Shown here in pieces: positions 1 through 8,512 of a stretch of DNA of 37,909 bases; positions within the stretch are counted from its first letter, which is position 1, and the number at the start of each line of letters is the position of its first letter. Below the pieces are notes generated by a model. The model was not told the origin of the DNA. It made no database searches and was given only the letters and a program-made list of their open reading frames with translations. This DNA is from Candidatus Pacearchaeota archaeon. GTDB taxonomy: Archaea > Nanobdellota > Nanobdellia > Pacearchaeales > GW2011-AR1. The translations under genes and the position numbers were made by a program. The stretch covers positions 1-37,909 of the forward strand of contig VGKR01000001.1 of NCBI GenBank assembly GCA_016866915.1, in the 5' to 3' direction.

Positions 1-40
1 AACAATTTTCTTTTTTTTGTCTTGCAATTCCTTTTCCATT

Positions 41-1903
41 TTATACAAATCTTATTTCAAGTCCTTTACTCTCAAATAAAATATGATTGTTCTGCAATTG
101 CTCAAGAGTTTCTGGTTTTGGTAAACCTTCTGTATAAATTTCAACAGAATTTGAGCCCATTAATTCTGATTCTAAAATATAATAATTCTGAATTCCTCCT
201 CCAGAAAGAACCTGGGAAAGAGTTTGCTCTGGAATTTCAATTTCAAAACATCTTTCATGCTTTAATCCCAAAACTCCAAGAATTCCAGTTCTTGGAACAT
301 CTAAACATTGCTCCGTTACAACTCCTTCTAAACTAATTGAAGAATCCCGGAAAATATAAACTTGAATTTCATATTGTCCTTCTCCGAGCTCAACAATTTT
401 TTGCTCTGGATAAATCAGGGTCTTTGTGGAATCATCTGAAACAAAATAAATTATTGCTTCTCCATTGAAATTGACTCCATTTAATTTAATTTGAACATTT
501 TTAGAATAAAGTTTTTCCATTATCATATTAATATTTCCAGAAGAAACACTTGAAAACATATATCTTGTATCTCTGAAACCAGGTGCTTTTGCTGTGACAT
601 ATCCATTAATACATTGGGGGAAATTCTCAACAAGTATTCCTGAATTAGATGTTTTGCCGATATAACAAGCATTTGCAAGACATTCATATGAAATATCAGC
701 TTCTATTGGGACATCATTTTTATTTCGAACTCGAACTGTTATTTCTGTGTTTTTATATTCACAGATTTCAGAATCAAAGCTTTCTCCAAGTTCTGCATCT
801 AATGGCTCTCTCGGATTGTTTCCTTGTATAATAACAGCCATAGGAAACTGAAATATTTCATCTCCAAATTGAACCTGTACAAGAACGGGATATTTCATAT
901 CATAAACAAAATGATAAGGAACATAGCAAAATCCAAGAATACCTAAACCAAGCTGATTTCCAATAGGAGTTGATAAGAGAATACTTCCTTCTGCAGGTGA
1001 AACTTCAAAACTATGCGGCCAGTTTTTTGAATTTAAAAAACGAACTTCTTCTTTTACAGGAAGATCAACAAAGAAATAATTCTCTCTTTCTCCAGTTGTT
1101 GTTAAGGCAAAAGTGTTTGCTTCAATAGCTTCTTGTAATTCAGCAAAAACTTCATCTGCTTGCCATATAAGAGGAGAACAAGTTATTTCAGCTCCATCAA
1201 CAGGAGCATAACTCCACAAAACATCTAAACCATATTCTTCTAAAAACAAATTCTCTTGCTGTTTGTCATAAACTTTTTTTGCAGAATCATAAAGATTACC
1301 TAATTGAGAACGCATTGTAATCTTGTGTGTTCTTATCACAGCTGTTTCATCATTCTTAGAGATTTTTAAAGCACTATCAAGGGTAACTTCAATTCTATCT
1401 TCTTTGATATTAATTTTAGATTTTGGCTCTGTCCAGAATATCTCAAAACCTTGAGAATAATATGAAGTGAAATCACAATTATTCATTCTTTGCTCAATAA
1501 AAGTTCCTAACTGATTCTCCATCATTCTTTTTGTCGGAATCTGCTCTTTCTCGATATTATTTCCAGAAACATAATACCAATAAGGAATTGGATTTCCTAA
1601 GAAATTAAGTTGTGATGAAAAAGGCATATAAGAAGAACCTGGTTCAAATTCAGGTAAATAAATATACCCTCCTTGCGAATTCAAGACACTTGCTCCCGTG
1701 GTTGTTGCTCCTTCTAAACAAGATAAAAAATTAGCATAAGCTGGCTCCATCTGAGATGGAATAGTTGTTCCAGTCAAAGAACTTCTTAAAAAAAAGTATG
1801 CCAATATTCCTGCAACAATAAGAATTGCTATGATAATAAAAATAGTTACTTGTCCTTTAGAATTTTTCATAAAAAATCCCTCTTTTCCTCTTTTAAAATC
1901 CAT
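41..1903 (-). CDS. Large secreted/surface protein with class III (type IV prepilin-like) signal peptide; function unknown
   Basis: 620-aa ORF. The N-terminus MDFKRGKEGFFMKNSKG-QVTIFIIIAILIVAGILAYFF has a short basic leader, a K-G, then about 20 hydrophobic residues. The remainder is Cys-containing and looks beta-rich. A stretch (ITVRVRN..YVTAKAPGFRDTRYMF) resembles PEGA/CarboxypepD_reg-type beta-sandwiches, but only weakly. An alternative start is M12 at 1870. A TATA-like box at 1925-1932 lies 21 nt upstream of the ATG at 1903. Confidence 0.6.
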   Translation of the reverse strand: MDFKRGKEGFFMKNSKGQVTIFIIIAILIVAGILAYFFLRSSLTGTTIPSQMEPAYANFLSCLEGATTTGASVLNSQGGYIYLPEFEPGSSYMPFSSQLNFLGNPIPYWYYVSGNNIEKEQIPTKRMMENQLGTFIEQRMNNCDFTSYYSQGFEIFWTEPKSKINIKEDRIEVTLDSALKISKNDETAVIRTHKITMRSQLGNLYDSAKKVYDKQQENLFLEEYGLDVLWSYAPVDGAEITCSPLIWQADEVFAELQEAIEANTFALTTTGERENYFFVDLPVKEEVRFLNSKNWPHSFEVSPAEGSILLSTPIGNQLGLGILGFCYVPYHFVYDMKYPVLVQVQFGDEIFQFPMAVIIQGNNPREPLDAELGESFDSEICEYKNTEITVRVRNKNDVPIEADISYECLANACYIGKTSNSGILVENFPQCINGYVTAKAPGFRDTRYMFSSVSSGNINMIMEKLYSKNVQIKLNGVNFNGEAIIYFVSDDSTKTLIYPEQKIVELGEGQYEIQVYIFRDSSISLEGVVTEQCLDVPRTGILGVLGLKHERCFEIEIPEQTLSQVLSGGGIQNYYILESELMGSNSVEIYTEGLPKPETLEQLQNNHILFESKGLEIRFV

Positions 1904-1924
1904 AGAAAAAATAGAGGAATTACG

Positions 1925-1932
1925 TATATAAA
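1925..1932 (-). promoter_or_regulatory. TATA-like box for the 41..1903 gene
   Basis: The coding strand reads TTTATATA-CGTAA-TTCCTCTATTTTTT-CT-ATG. There are 21 nt between the box and the ATG, which implies a leaderless or near-leaderless mRNA. Confidence 0.4.
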
Positions 1933-1975
1933 TTTATTGATAAAAAAAGAAATAAATTGAAATTCAGTCTTTTAA

Positions 1976-2191
1976 CTAGTAGTGCATTCTGCCTTTCTTA
2001 AAATAGCTAAAACCTCCGATAATTAACAAAATTCCCCCAATAAAAACAATCCAGGGCTCAATATCAGAAAATAATGCTGGAATAACAATTAATTTGAAAG
2101 GATAATTTAAAAAATAAAGCGCAAAAAGAATGTATAAAAACATAATCAAGCCCCTTATTTTTCTAGAAGTCTGATAAGTATTGTACCTCAT
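1976..2191 (-). CDS. Small membrane protein (2 predicted TM helices), unknown function
   Basis: 71-aa ORF with two hydrophobic segments (IMFLYILFALYFLNYPF and IVFIGGILLIIGGFSYF). It is co-directional with the upstream large surface protein. No recognisable motif. Confidence 0.4.
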   Translation of the reverse strand: MRYNTYQTSRKIRGLIMFLYILFALYFLNYPFKLIVIPALFSDIEPWIVFIGGILLIIGGFSYFKKGRMHY

Positions 2192-2293
2192 ATTCCAAAA
2201 AGCTCTTTCTTATATTTAAATCTTATGAATTTTCTCAAAGCATATAATAAATCCCAAAAAGATTTTTATAAGTAAGATATCTTCTTTTATTAA

Positions 2294-2364
2294 GGCCCTG
2301 TAGGCTAATGGTAGACCTTGTCCTTGACGTGGACAGAGCCCCAGTTCGATCCTGGGCAGGGCCA
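2294..2364 (+). tRNA. tRNA-Val (anticodon GAC)
   Basis: Cloverleaf read by eye. Acceptor GGCCCUG/CAGGGCC. Anticodon arm UGUCC-UUGACGU-GGACA. T arm CCCAG-UUCGAUC-CUGGG. Discriminator A. There is one C-A mismatch in the D stem. No encoded CCA. A TATA-like ATTTTTATAAG lies about 21 nt upstream. Confidence 0.85.
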
Positions 2365-2455
2365 TTTCATTAACAAGCTTTAAAAACTCACTTTCTTTTT
2401 TTTTCAGAGACTGAAATATTCTAATTTAGTCAAATTAAATTTTAAAAATTTAATC

Positions 2456-2767
2456 ATGAAAGTTCCAAAAATCACAAATCGATTTTGTCCGTATTGCAAT
2501 AAAAAAACCAAGCAGAAGATAAAATTAGTTTCAACGGGAGCAAAAAGAGGAACTCTTACAAGAGGAAGTATTTCAAGAGCTAAGAGTAGGGGACTTGGAA
2601 GAGGAATTGGCAATAAAGGTAAATGGGGCTCTAAACCAGCTGTATCAAAATTCAAAAGAAAAACAAAAACAACTAAAAAAACAAATTTCCTTTACATCTG
2701 TGAGGTTTGCGGAAAATCTAAATATCAGAAAAAAGGAAAAAGAGCAGGAAAGGTGCTGCAGGAATAA
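2456..2767 (+). CDS. rpl44e: 50S ribosomal protein L44e (eL42)
   Basis: Basic 103-aa protein with the zinc-ribbon pattern CPYC...CEVC and MKVPKITNRFCPYCNKKTKQK at the N-terminus. Both are typical of archaeal L44e. Confidence 0.9.
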   Translation: MKVPKITNRFCPYCNKKTKQKIKLVSTGAKRGTLTRGSISRAKSRGLGRGIGNKGKWGSKPAVSKFKRKTKTTKKTNFLYICEVCGKSKYQKKGKRAGKVLQE

Positions 2768-2768
2768 A

Positions 2769-3314
2769 ATGGCTCAAGCAAAAAAAAGAAAAAAATTCTT
2801 TGACGTGAAAATACCAATTTTGAAAAAAGAAACTCAATTATATGGTTATGAATTAAAAGAACTTGAAGGAAGAAACATAATCTATGATTTAACTCGGCTT
2901 TTAAGAGGAAAAGGGGCTGTTCTTAAGTTAAGAGTAAAAATCAAAGAAACTTCTGCTATAGCAGAACCAAGAGAATTAGTAATTATGCCTTATTTTATAA
3001 GAAGAATGGTTAGAAAAGGTACGAATTATGTTGAAGATTCATTTTCAGCTGAATGCAAAGATGCTTTTGTACGAATAAAACCTTTTTTAATAACAAGAAA
3101 AAAAGTTTCAAGAGCTGTAAGAAAAGCTCTTAGAGAAAAAGCAAAAGAAGAACTAATTAATTATGTTAAAGCCAAGAGCATAGAAACTCTTTTTGATGAG
3201 CTTCTAAAAAATTCAATTCAGAAAACTCTAAGCATCAAACTCAAGAAAATCTATCCTCTTTCATTCTGCGAGATTAGAATTTTTAAGTTAGAAAAATTAA
3301 AAGCAGAGAAGTGA
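2769..3314 (+). CDS. rps3ae: 30S ribosomal protein S3Ae (eS1)
   Basis: The ORF-track entry 2595..3314 was trimmed to the internal ATG at 2769, 1 nt after the L44e stop. MAQAKKRKKFFDVKIPIL... and an overall length of about 181 aa fit archaeal S3Ae. The upstream part of the ORF overlaps L44e in another frame. Confidence 0.85.
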   Translation: MAQAKKRKKFFDVKIPILKKETQLYGYELKELEGRNIIYDLTRLLRGKGAVLKLRVKIKETSAIAEPRELVIMPYFIRRMVRKGTNYVEDSFSAECKDAFVRIKPFLITRKKVSRAVRKALREKAKEELINYVKAKSIETLFDELLKNSIQKTLSIKLKKIYPLSFCEIRIFKLEKLKAEK

Positions 3315-3315
3315 A

Positions 3316-3391
3316 TCTTGCTTCGCAAAGCCTGTAAACTAAAATTCTCTGAAAATAATTTTGTAACACATTCTTGCTTCGCAAAGCCTGT
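3316..3391. repeat. Pair of 20-bp direct repeats (3316-3335 and 3372-3391) duplicating the 3' end and flank of tRNA-Thr
   Basis: TCTTGCTTCGCAAAGCCTGT occurs twice, 56 bp apart. The proximal copy covers the last 6 nt of tRNA-Thr, the discriminator and 13 nt of 3' flank. The distal copy starts 1 nt after the S3Ae stop codon. Each copy contains a small hairpin, GCTT-CGCA-AAGC. Confidence 0.8.
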
Positions 3392-3456
3392 GGAGGGAGT
3401 TGAACCCCCGACCTACGCATTACAAGTGCGCCGCTCTACCCCTGAGCTACACAGGC
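3385..3456 (-). tRNA. tRNA-Thr (anticodon UGU)
   Basis: The reverse complement folds as GCCUGUG-UA-GCUC-AGGGGUA-GAGC-G-GCGCA-CUUGUAA-UGCGU-AGGUC-GGGGG-UUCAACU-CCCUC-CACAGGC-U. It is the GC-rich island in an AT-rich spacer. Confidence 0.85.
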
Positions 3457-3508
3457 ACAATTTCTCTAAATTTCCTTATGTTTTAATGAGAAGAACAAGT
3501 TTTTAAAT

Positions 3509-4063
3509 TTATTTTTCAAAGAATTCAGCTTTTCCGTCTTCTACAAGAATTTTAGCTACTTCGCGAGGTAAATTTGCTATCTGGCCTTTTTCAAATGGCC
3601 CGATTTTTTCACCTTCAATATCTAAAAATTCTCCGACTTTTTCGTTAAATAAAACAAGTTCGTTTTTTGATTCTTGAAATTTTTTGTTGCTTAAAACTTC
3701 AGTGATTTTTTTGTCAGAGATTTCTATGCTTTTCATTAATTCTTCAAAAAGAGTTTTTTCAAAAGGAAGCATATTTTCAAAATCCTGTTTTGAAATTCCT
3801 GTCTCTGCTGCAATAAGAATCAGATTTAATATTTTCTTTCTGCGCCTTATTATGAGCTCTCTAAAAAGAGTTATAGCATTCTCTAATTGCTTTTTTGTTT
3901 TAGTAATCATGTCAGATAAAATCTCGTCATCTTTTAGAGAAAGTTGTTTCTTTTCCTGAAGATATGCTGAAACCTCTACTACAAAATTCTTAGGCAGAGG
4001 CTGTATTTGATCTGAATATCTCTCTTTCCGAGTTGCCTCATAAATATCACTGTATGTTATCAT
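3509..4063 (-). CDS. GINS complex subunit (Gins51-like)
   Basis: 184 aa. The N-terminal pattern YSDIYEATRKERYSDQIQPLPKNFVVEVSAYL and the C-terminal B-domain-like GEKIGPFEKGQIANLPREVAKILVEDGKAE match my recollection of archaeal Gins51. This is a motif-level call only. Confidence 0.6.
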   Translation of the reverse strand: MITYSDIYEATRKERYSDQIQPLPKNFVVEVSAYLQEKKQLSLKDDEILSDMITKTKKQLENAITLFRELIIRRRKKILNLILIAAETGISKQDFENMLPFEKTLFEELMKSIEISDKKITEVLSNKKFQESKNELVLFNEKVGEFLDIEGEKIGPFEKGQIANLPREVAKILVEDGKAEFFEK

Positions 4064-4132
4064 TTTAAAAAAAGGGGAGTTCTATTTTTAACAATTACTA
4101 TACTAAAAAATAATCAAAAATTTAAAAAAATA

Positions 4133-5494
4133 TCATTTCAAAAATCCAACTTTCTCTAGTAGTTCATTACTTGAAAATCTCCCTAAACTGCCTTTTTTAG
4201 CATTTTTTTCGCAGAATTTTTCTCTAGGATGCTCTAATTTTGGATTCTCGTCTTTTTTTTCTTCCAAAACTTCAGATTCTTTCTTTGAAGAAAAAAGAAT
4301 TTTTCTGCCTGATGTCTGAAAAAAAGAGAAAATTTTGCTTTTTGGTTTAGGAGGTTTATCATTATAAAACAAAACTGGAACAGGGTCTGCTGAATGAGCC
4401 TTAAGTTTACAGGGAGTTGAATGATCTCCTGTAACAACAATTTTTATTTTGTTTTGGGTTGCAAAATCTTTTAAAAATTTAAACAAAACTCTATCTATAT
4501 ATTCTATCATCAATTTCTTTTCAATAGGCTTATTATCATGTCCAGGAGTATCTGTTTCTTTGATGTGAATATAAGCATAGTCAAAATCTTTGATATTTCG
4601 TTTTAGAACTTTTATAGAAAAATTACATGCTTTCTTCAAACCTTCCCAAAGATTTTCATATGAATCCAAATTTTTCATTTTTGGATATTCAAAAGAAAAA
4701 ACACTCATTCCACTCACTTTAGAAAAACCTATTTCAAGAGGCATATATGCAATAGAAAGCCATTTTCGATAGAATTTTAATTTAGGCGGCTCAATTCCTG
4801 CTCCGCGCATAAGAAGAAAATTAGCAGGCAACAATCCTTTTTTTCTTCTTTCTTCATTAAGAGGATGAGCATTCAAAACTCCGAAAGCTTTTTCAATAAA
4901 TTCATTAAGAATATTTACAGTGTATTGCGTGTTTTCTTCTTCATCAAGAGCCTTAAAACTTCCAATTTTATCCATTGTTCTTACTTCGCCTTTTGAATAA
5001 GCTGTATCATTTCCAGTAACATTATCTGAAAATCCGCCTTTTAGAACTAAAACAGCCCTATGCTGAATAGTTGATTTAAACACAAATTTGCAGGGAAGTT
5101 TTATTTTATTTAATGCCTTGGATAAAATCTCTGCTTCAGATGTTGTCAAAGTTCTTCCAGCTCTTCTATCAATCATATTTCCGTTTTTTAAAGAATCAAT
5201 TGTTGCAAAATTAACACGCAAAGCTAAATCACCTCGAGTAAGTTTTAAATCTGTTCCTCGTGCTTCAAGCTGTCCCCTTGTACTGTCAATAAGCGCATTT
5301 CCGAAAAGAGAGACAATTGCATCATCTGATTCAGGTACAAAACCGGGTTTTACAGGATACATAGAACCCATTTCACCTCTTGCTGCTAAAAAGTCTAAAT
5401 TAGGTGTTTCAGCTGCTTCCAGAGGTGTTTTATCTCCTAATTGAATAGAAGACAAATCTCCAACTCCGTCAAGAAGAACAAGTACCCCTTTCAT
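4133..5494 (-). CDS. apgM: 2,3-bisphosphoglycerate-independent phosphoglycerate mutase, archaeal type (ApgM)
   Basis: The N-terminus MKGVLVLLDGVGD...TPLEAAETPNLDFLA and the metal-binding TGDHSTP...HSADPVPV are characteristic of the family. About 46 aa of Lys/Ser/Glu-rich sequence (roughly residues 380-425) appears inserted before the conserved C-terminal GSLGRF segment. Confidence 0.85.
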   Translation of the reverse strand: MKGVLVLLDGVGDLSSIQLGDKTPLEAAETPNLDFLAARGEMGSMYPVKPGFVPESDDAIVSLFGNALIDSTRGQLEARGTDLKLTRGDLALRVNFATIDSLKNGNMIDRRAGRTLTTSEAEILSKALNKIKLPCKFVFKSTIQHRAVLVLKGGFSDNVTGNDTAYSKGEVRTMDKIGSFKALDEEENTQYTVNILNEFIEKAFGVLNAHPLNEERRKKGLLPANFLLMRGAGIEPPKLKFYRKWLSIAYMPLEIGFSKVSGMSVFSFEYPKMKNLDSYENLWEGLKKACNFSIKVLKRNIKDFDYAYIHIKETDTPGHDNKPIEKKLMIEYIDRVLFKFLKDFATQNKIKIVVTGDHSTPCKLKAHSADPVPVLFYNDKPPKPKSKIFSFFQTSGRKILFSSKKESEVLEEKKDENPKLEHPREKFCEKNAKKGSLGRFSSNELLEKVGFLK

Positions 5495-5601
5495 TTGAAT
5501 ATGCTCCGCTTTGAATAATTCATGAAATTAATAAAACAAGTTTGTTTATAAAAATTTATATTCACTGAATAAGAGATTAGAAAAAGAGGTAGTCTTGTGT
5601 G

Positions 5602-5615
5602 TTTAAATTTATAAA
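5602..5615 (+). promoter_or_regulatory. TATA-like box upstream of ftsY
   Basis: TTTAAATTTATAAA ends 21 nt before the ATG at 5637. There is no Shine-Dalgarno sequence between them. Confidence 0.4.
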
Positions 5616-5636
5616 TTGCCTTAAATTGATATAAAT

Positions 5637-6641
5637 ATGTTCAAATTTTTAAAGGAAAAAATAACAAATTGGACGAAAAAAATCTCTAAAGAAAAAGAAC
5701 CTGAAAAAGAAGAAAAGAAAAAAGTAGTTATAAAACAAAAAGAAGAAAAAGAGCCGGGTTTTTTTAAAAAAATAACAGAGAAAGTTGGAAAAATAAAAGT
5801 TTCTGAAAAGGAATTTGAAGCTTATGGAGAAGAACTAAAGATGCTTCTTCTGGAGAATAATGTTGCTTTTGAAATTGCAGATAAAATAATTGAGAGTTTA
5901 AAAGAAGAAATAATTGGAAAAGAATTTCTAAAAAAAGAGATTGAATTTGAGATTAAAGAGTGCCTAAAAAGAATAATTGAAAATATTCTGGTAGAGCCAT
6001 TTAATATTGTAGAAAAAATAAAAGAGAAAAATTCAGATCAGCCAAAAGAACCTTATGTAATTCTCTTTGCAGGAATAAATGGAACAGGAAAAACAACAAC
6101 AATTGCAAAAATTGCAAATTATTTGAAGAATTCTGGATTTTCCTGTGTTCTTGCTGCTGCAGACACTTTTAGGGCAGCAAGCATAGAGCAAATAAAAAAA
6201 CACGGAGAAAGACTTAAAATGCAGGTTATTGCCCAACAATATGGTGCTGATCCTGCTGCAGTTGGTTTTGATGCAATACAATATGCTAGAAAAAATTTCG
6301 TTAATGTTGTTCTGATTGACACCGCAGGTAGAATGCATACTTCAAAAAATCTTATAAAAGAAATAGAAAAAATATCAAGAGTCTGCAAACCTGATTTAAA
6401 ATTCTTTATTGGAGAAGCTATAACTGGAAATGATATTGTAGAGCAGGTAAAAAGTTTTGATTGGGCTATAAATATTGACGGAATCATTCTAACAAAGGCA
6501 GATGTGGATGAAAGAGGCGGCACAATCTTATCTGTAGGACATGTCACAAAAAAACCGATAATATTTCTTGGAACAGGACAAGAGTATGACAAAATAGAAC
6601 CTTTTAACAAGAACAAATTTTTGAAGGAATTGGGATTGTAA
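5637..6641 (+). CDS. ftsY: Signal recognition particle receptor FtsY
   Basis: A Lys/Glu-rich N-terminal region is followed by an SRP-type NG domain. Motifs seen: GINGTGKTTTIAK (G1), DTAGR (G3), TKADVD (G4) and GTGQ. Confidence 0.9.
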   Translation: MFKFLKEKITNWTKKISKEKEPEKEEKKKVVIKQKEEKEPGFFKKITEKVGKIKVSEKEFEAYGEELKMLLLENNVAFEIADKIIESLKEEIIGKEFLKKEIEFEIKECLKRIIENILVEPFNIVEKIKEKNSDQPKEPYVILFAGINGTGKTTTIAKIANYLKNSGFSCVLAAADTFRAASIEQIKKHGERLKMQVIAQQYGADPAAVGFDAIQYARKNFVNVVLIDTAGRMHTSKNLIKEIEKISRVCKPDLKFFIGEAITGNDIVEQVKSFDWAINIDGIILTKADVDERGGTILSVGHVTKKPIIFLGTGQEYDKIEPFNKNKFLKELGL

Positions 6642-6677
6642 TTAATCTGCAAACAAGAGTATTTCAGACAAAACCAC

Positions 6678-6687
6678 AAATTTATTA
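6678..6687 (+). promoter_or_regulatory. TATA-like box upstream of srp54, followed by a C-rich/T-run element
   Basis: The sequence reads AAATTTATTA-ACTCT-TCCCCTCCTTTTTTT-AAT-ATG, with 23 nt between the box and the ATG at 6711. Confidence 0.4.
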
Positions 6688-6710
6688 ACTCTTCCCCTCC
6701 TTTTTTTAAT

Positions 6711-8087
6711 ATGTTTGAAAAACTAGGAGAAATACTAAGAAAAGTCACAGATAAAGTAGCTAATGCGATATTTCTTGACAAAGATTTGGTTGATTCTATT
6801 ATAAAAGATTTGCAAAGAGCATTAATAGAAGCAGATGTAAATATTATGCTTGTAAAGCAGCTTTCAGATAAAATTAGAAAAATAGCTGTTGATGAAAGAA
6901 TAAAAGGAATAGAGAAAAAAGAACATATTCTCAAAATATTGCATGATGAATTAGAGAATATTCTTGGAGAATACAAGCAATTAAAAATTAAAAGAGAAAA
7001 GAACCAGCAAAACCGCATTATGCTTCTTGGCTTGTATGGAAGCGGAAAAACAACAACAATTGCAAAACTTGGAAATTATTTTGCAAAAAGAGGGCAAAAA
7101 GTTGCTCTTGTCGGACTTGATACGCATCGTCCAGCTGCGCCAGAACAATTAAAACAACTTGCAGAAGAGCATAAAATTTCTTATTTCATAGATTTATTCG
7201 AAAAAAATCCTGCTAAAGTTTGGAAAAAAGTAAAAGACAAACTCAAAGATTATAATCTAATTCTCATAGATACAGCTGGTCGTCACACTCTGGACAAGGT
7301 TCTTATAGCAGAAATAAAAGCACTTGAAAAAGAAATAAAACCCACAGAAATAATTTTAGTTATTCCCGCAGATATAGGACAAGCAGCTAAAAAACAAGCT
7401 CAGGAATTTAAAGAAGTCACAGATATCTCTGGTGTAATAATTACGAGAATGGATTCTACAGCAAAAGGTGGTGGTGCTTTAACAGCTTGTGCTGAAACAA
7501 AAGCACCTGTTTATTTTATTGCAACAGGAGAAAAAATAAATGATTTAGAAGAATTTAATCCAAAATCATTTTTAGCAAGACTTCTTGGAAGAGGCGATCT
7601 TGAAGCACTTCTTGAAAAAATAAGATCTGTAACAGATGAAAAAAGTCAAAAGAAAATTCAGACCAAAATTTCTGAAGGAAAACTTTCTCTTGAAGATGTG
7701 ATTGAGCAAGTTAAATCAATGAACTCCTTAGGAGGATTTGACAAGATTAAAAGCATGATTCCTGGTTTTTCTAAAATTAAAGAAAAAATTCCAGAATCAG
7801 TTCTTGAGAATCAAGAGACAAGAATCTCTAAATGGGAGCACATTATAAAATCAATGACGCAACATGAAAAAGAAAATCCAGAAATTCTTGAAAAACAAAC
7901 ATCTCGAATTCAAAGAATTGCAAAAGGAGCAGGAGTTCCAACAAGCGAAGTTCGCTCTCTTCTTAAACAATACAGGCTTTTGAATGACATGGTAAAATCA
8001 GGTGGAAATTTGGAAATGTCTCAAGGATTAAGCCAAAAACAATTACAAAAGTTTGCAAGAAAATTCGGAAAAAAACTTAGATTTTAA
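6711..8087 (+). CDS. srp54: Signal recognition particle protein SRP54
   Basis: The NG domain shows GLYGSGKTTTIAKL, DTAGRH and TRMDSTAKGG. The Met-rich C-terminal M domain (SMNSLGGFDKIKSMIPG) is also present. Confidence 0.92.
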   Translation: MFEKLGEILRKVTDKVANAIFLDKDLVDSIIKDLQRALIEADVNIMLVKQLSDKIRKIAVDERIKGIEKKEHILKILHDELENILGEYKQLKIKREKNQQNRIMLLGLYGSGKTTTIAKLGNYFAKRGQKVALVGLDTHRPAAPEQLKQLAEEHKISYFIDLFEKNPAKVWKKVKDKLKDYNLILIDTAGRHTLDKVLIAEIKALEKEIKPTEIILVIPADIGQAAKKQAQEFKEVTDISGVIITRMDSTAKGGGALTACAETKAPVYFIATGEKINDLEEFNPKSFLARLLGRGDLEALLEKIRSVTDEKSQKKIQTKISEGKLSLEDVIEQVKSMNSLGGFDKIKSMIPGFSKIKEKIPESVLENQETRISKWEHIIKSMTQHEKENPEILEKQTSRIQRIAKGAGVPTSEVRSLLKQYRLLNDMVKSGGNLEMSQGLSQKQLQKFARKFGKKLRF

Positions 8088-8104
8088 GAATTATTAAATA
8101 AAAC

Positions 8105-8512
8105 ATGAAAACAATAAAATATCCTGTTCTTTTAGCATTAGCAGTTCTTTCCTTAATCAGTTCTATACTTCTCTCGCTTCCCTCAAGCTCTTCAGGAGAA
8201 TGTCTTCTTGGAGGAACAAGCTGTAATATAGTTCACTCTTCAGAGTATAATTACTTCTTAGGCATTCAAAACAGTTATTATGGAATTGTAATTTTTTCTA
8301 TTTTAAGTCTACTAATTTATCTTCAAATAAAAAAACCAGAGAAAATTAAGAAAAATCTTATTCATTTAGCAATCATATTTGGCTCACTTTTTGCATTATA
8401 TTTTCTTTATCTTCAACATTTTGTATTAAATGCTTATTGCGATTATTGTTTAATTGTTGATTTTAGTATGCTGATTTCTTTAGGAATAATAATTGCAAAT
8501 TGGAAAAAATGA
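8105..8512 (+). CDS. Vitamin K epoxide reductase (VKOR) family membrane oxidoreductase
   Basis: 135-aa membrane protein with about 4 TM helices. A loop Cys pair lies in GECLLGGTSC, followed by the conserved Ser stretch (VHSSEY). A CXXC (CDYC) sits at the start of the last TM helix. This is the VKOR signature arrangement. Confidence 0.65.
   Translation: MKTIKYPVLLALAVLSLISSILLSLPSSSSGECLLGGTSCNIVHSSEYNYFLGIQNSYYGIVIFSILSLLIYLQIKKPEKIKKNLIHLAIIFGSLFALYFLYLQHFVLNAYCDYCLIVDFSMLISLGIIIANWKK

Noticed and set aside
22-336. 104-aa plus-strand ORF at the window start
   Set aside because: It is antisense to the 3' end of the 620-aa surface protein gene, has low-complexity Leu/Phe/Gln composition and no upstream signal.
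2595-2768. 5' extension of the S3Ae ORF overlapping L44e
   Set aside because: It overlaps the clearly real L44e gene in another frame. The S3Ae-like sequence only begins at the ATG at 2769.
3318-3506. 62-aa plus-strand ORF
   Set aside because: It reads straight through the tRNA-Thr gene on the opposite strand, and the GC-rich tRNA keeps the frame open. There is no coding evidence.
6119-7018. 299-aa ORF on the minus strand spanning the ftsY 3' end, the spacer and the srp54 5' end
   Set aside because: It is antisense to two well-supported genes. Its composition (Ser/Phe/Ile/Cys/Leu-rich) is what the reverse complement of Lys/Glu/Gly-rich coding sequence produces. It has no motif and no promoter-like box. 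I treat it as a shadow ORF.
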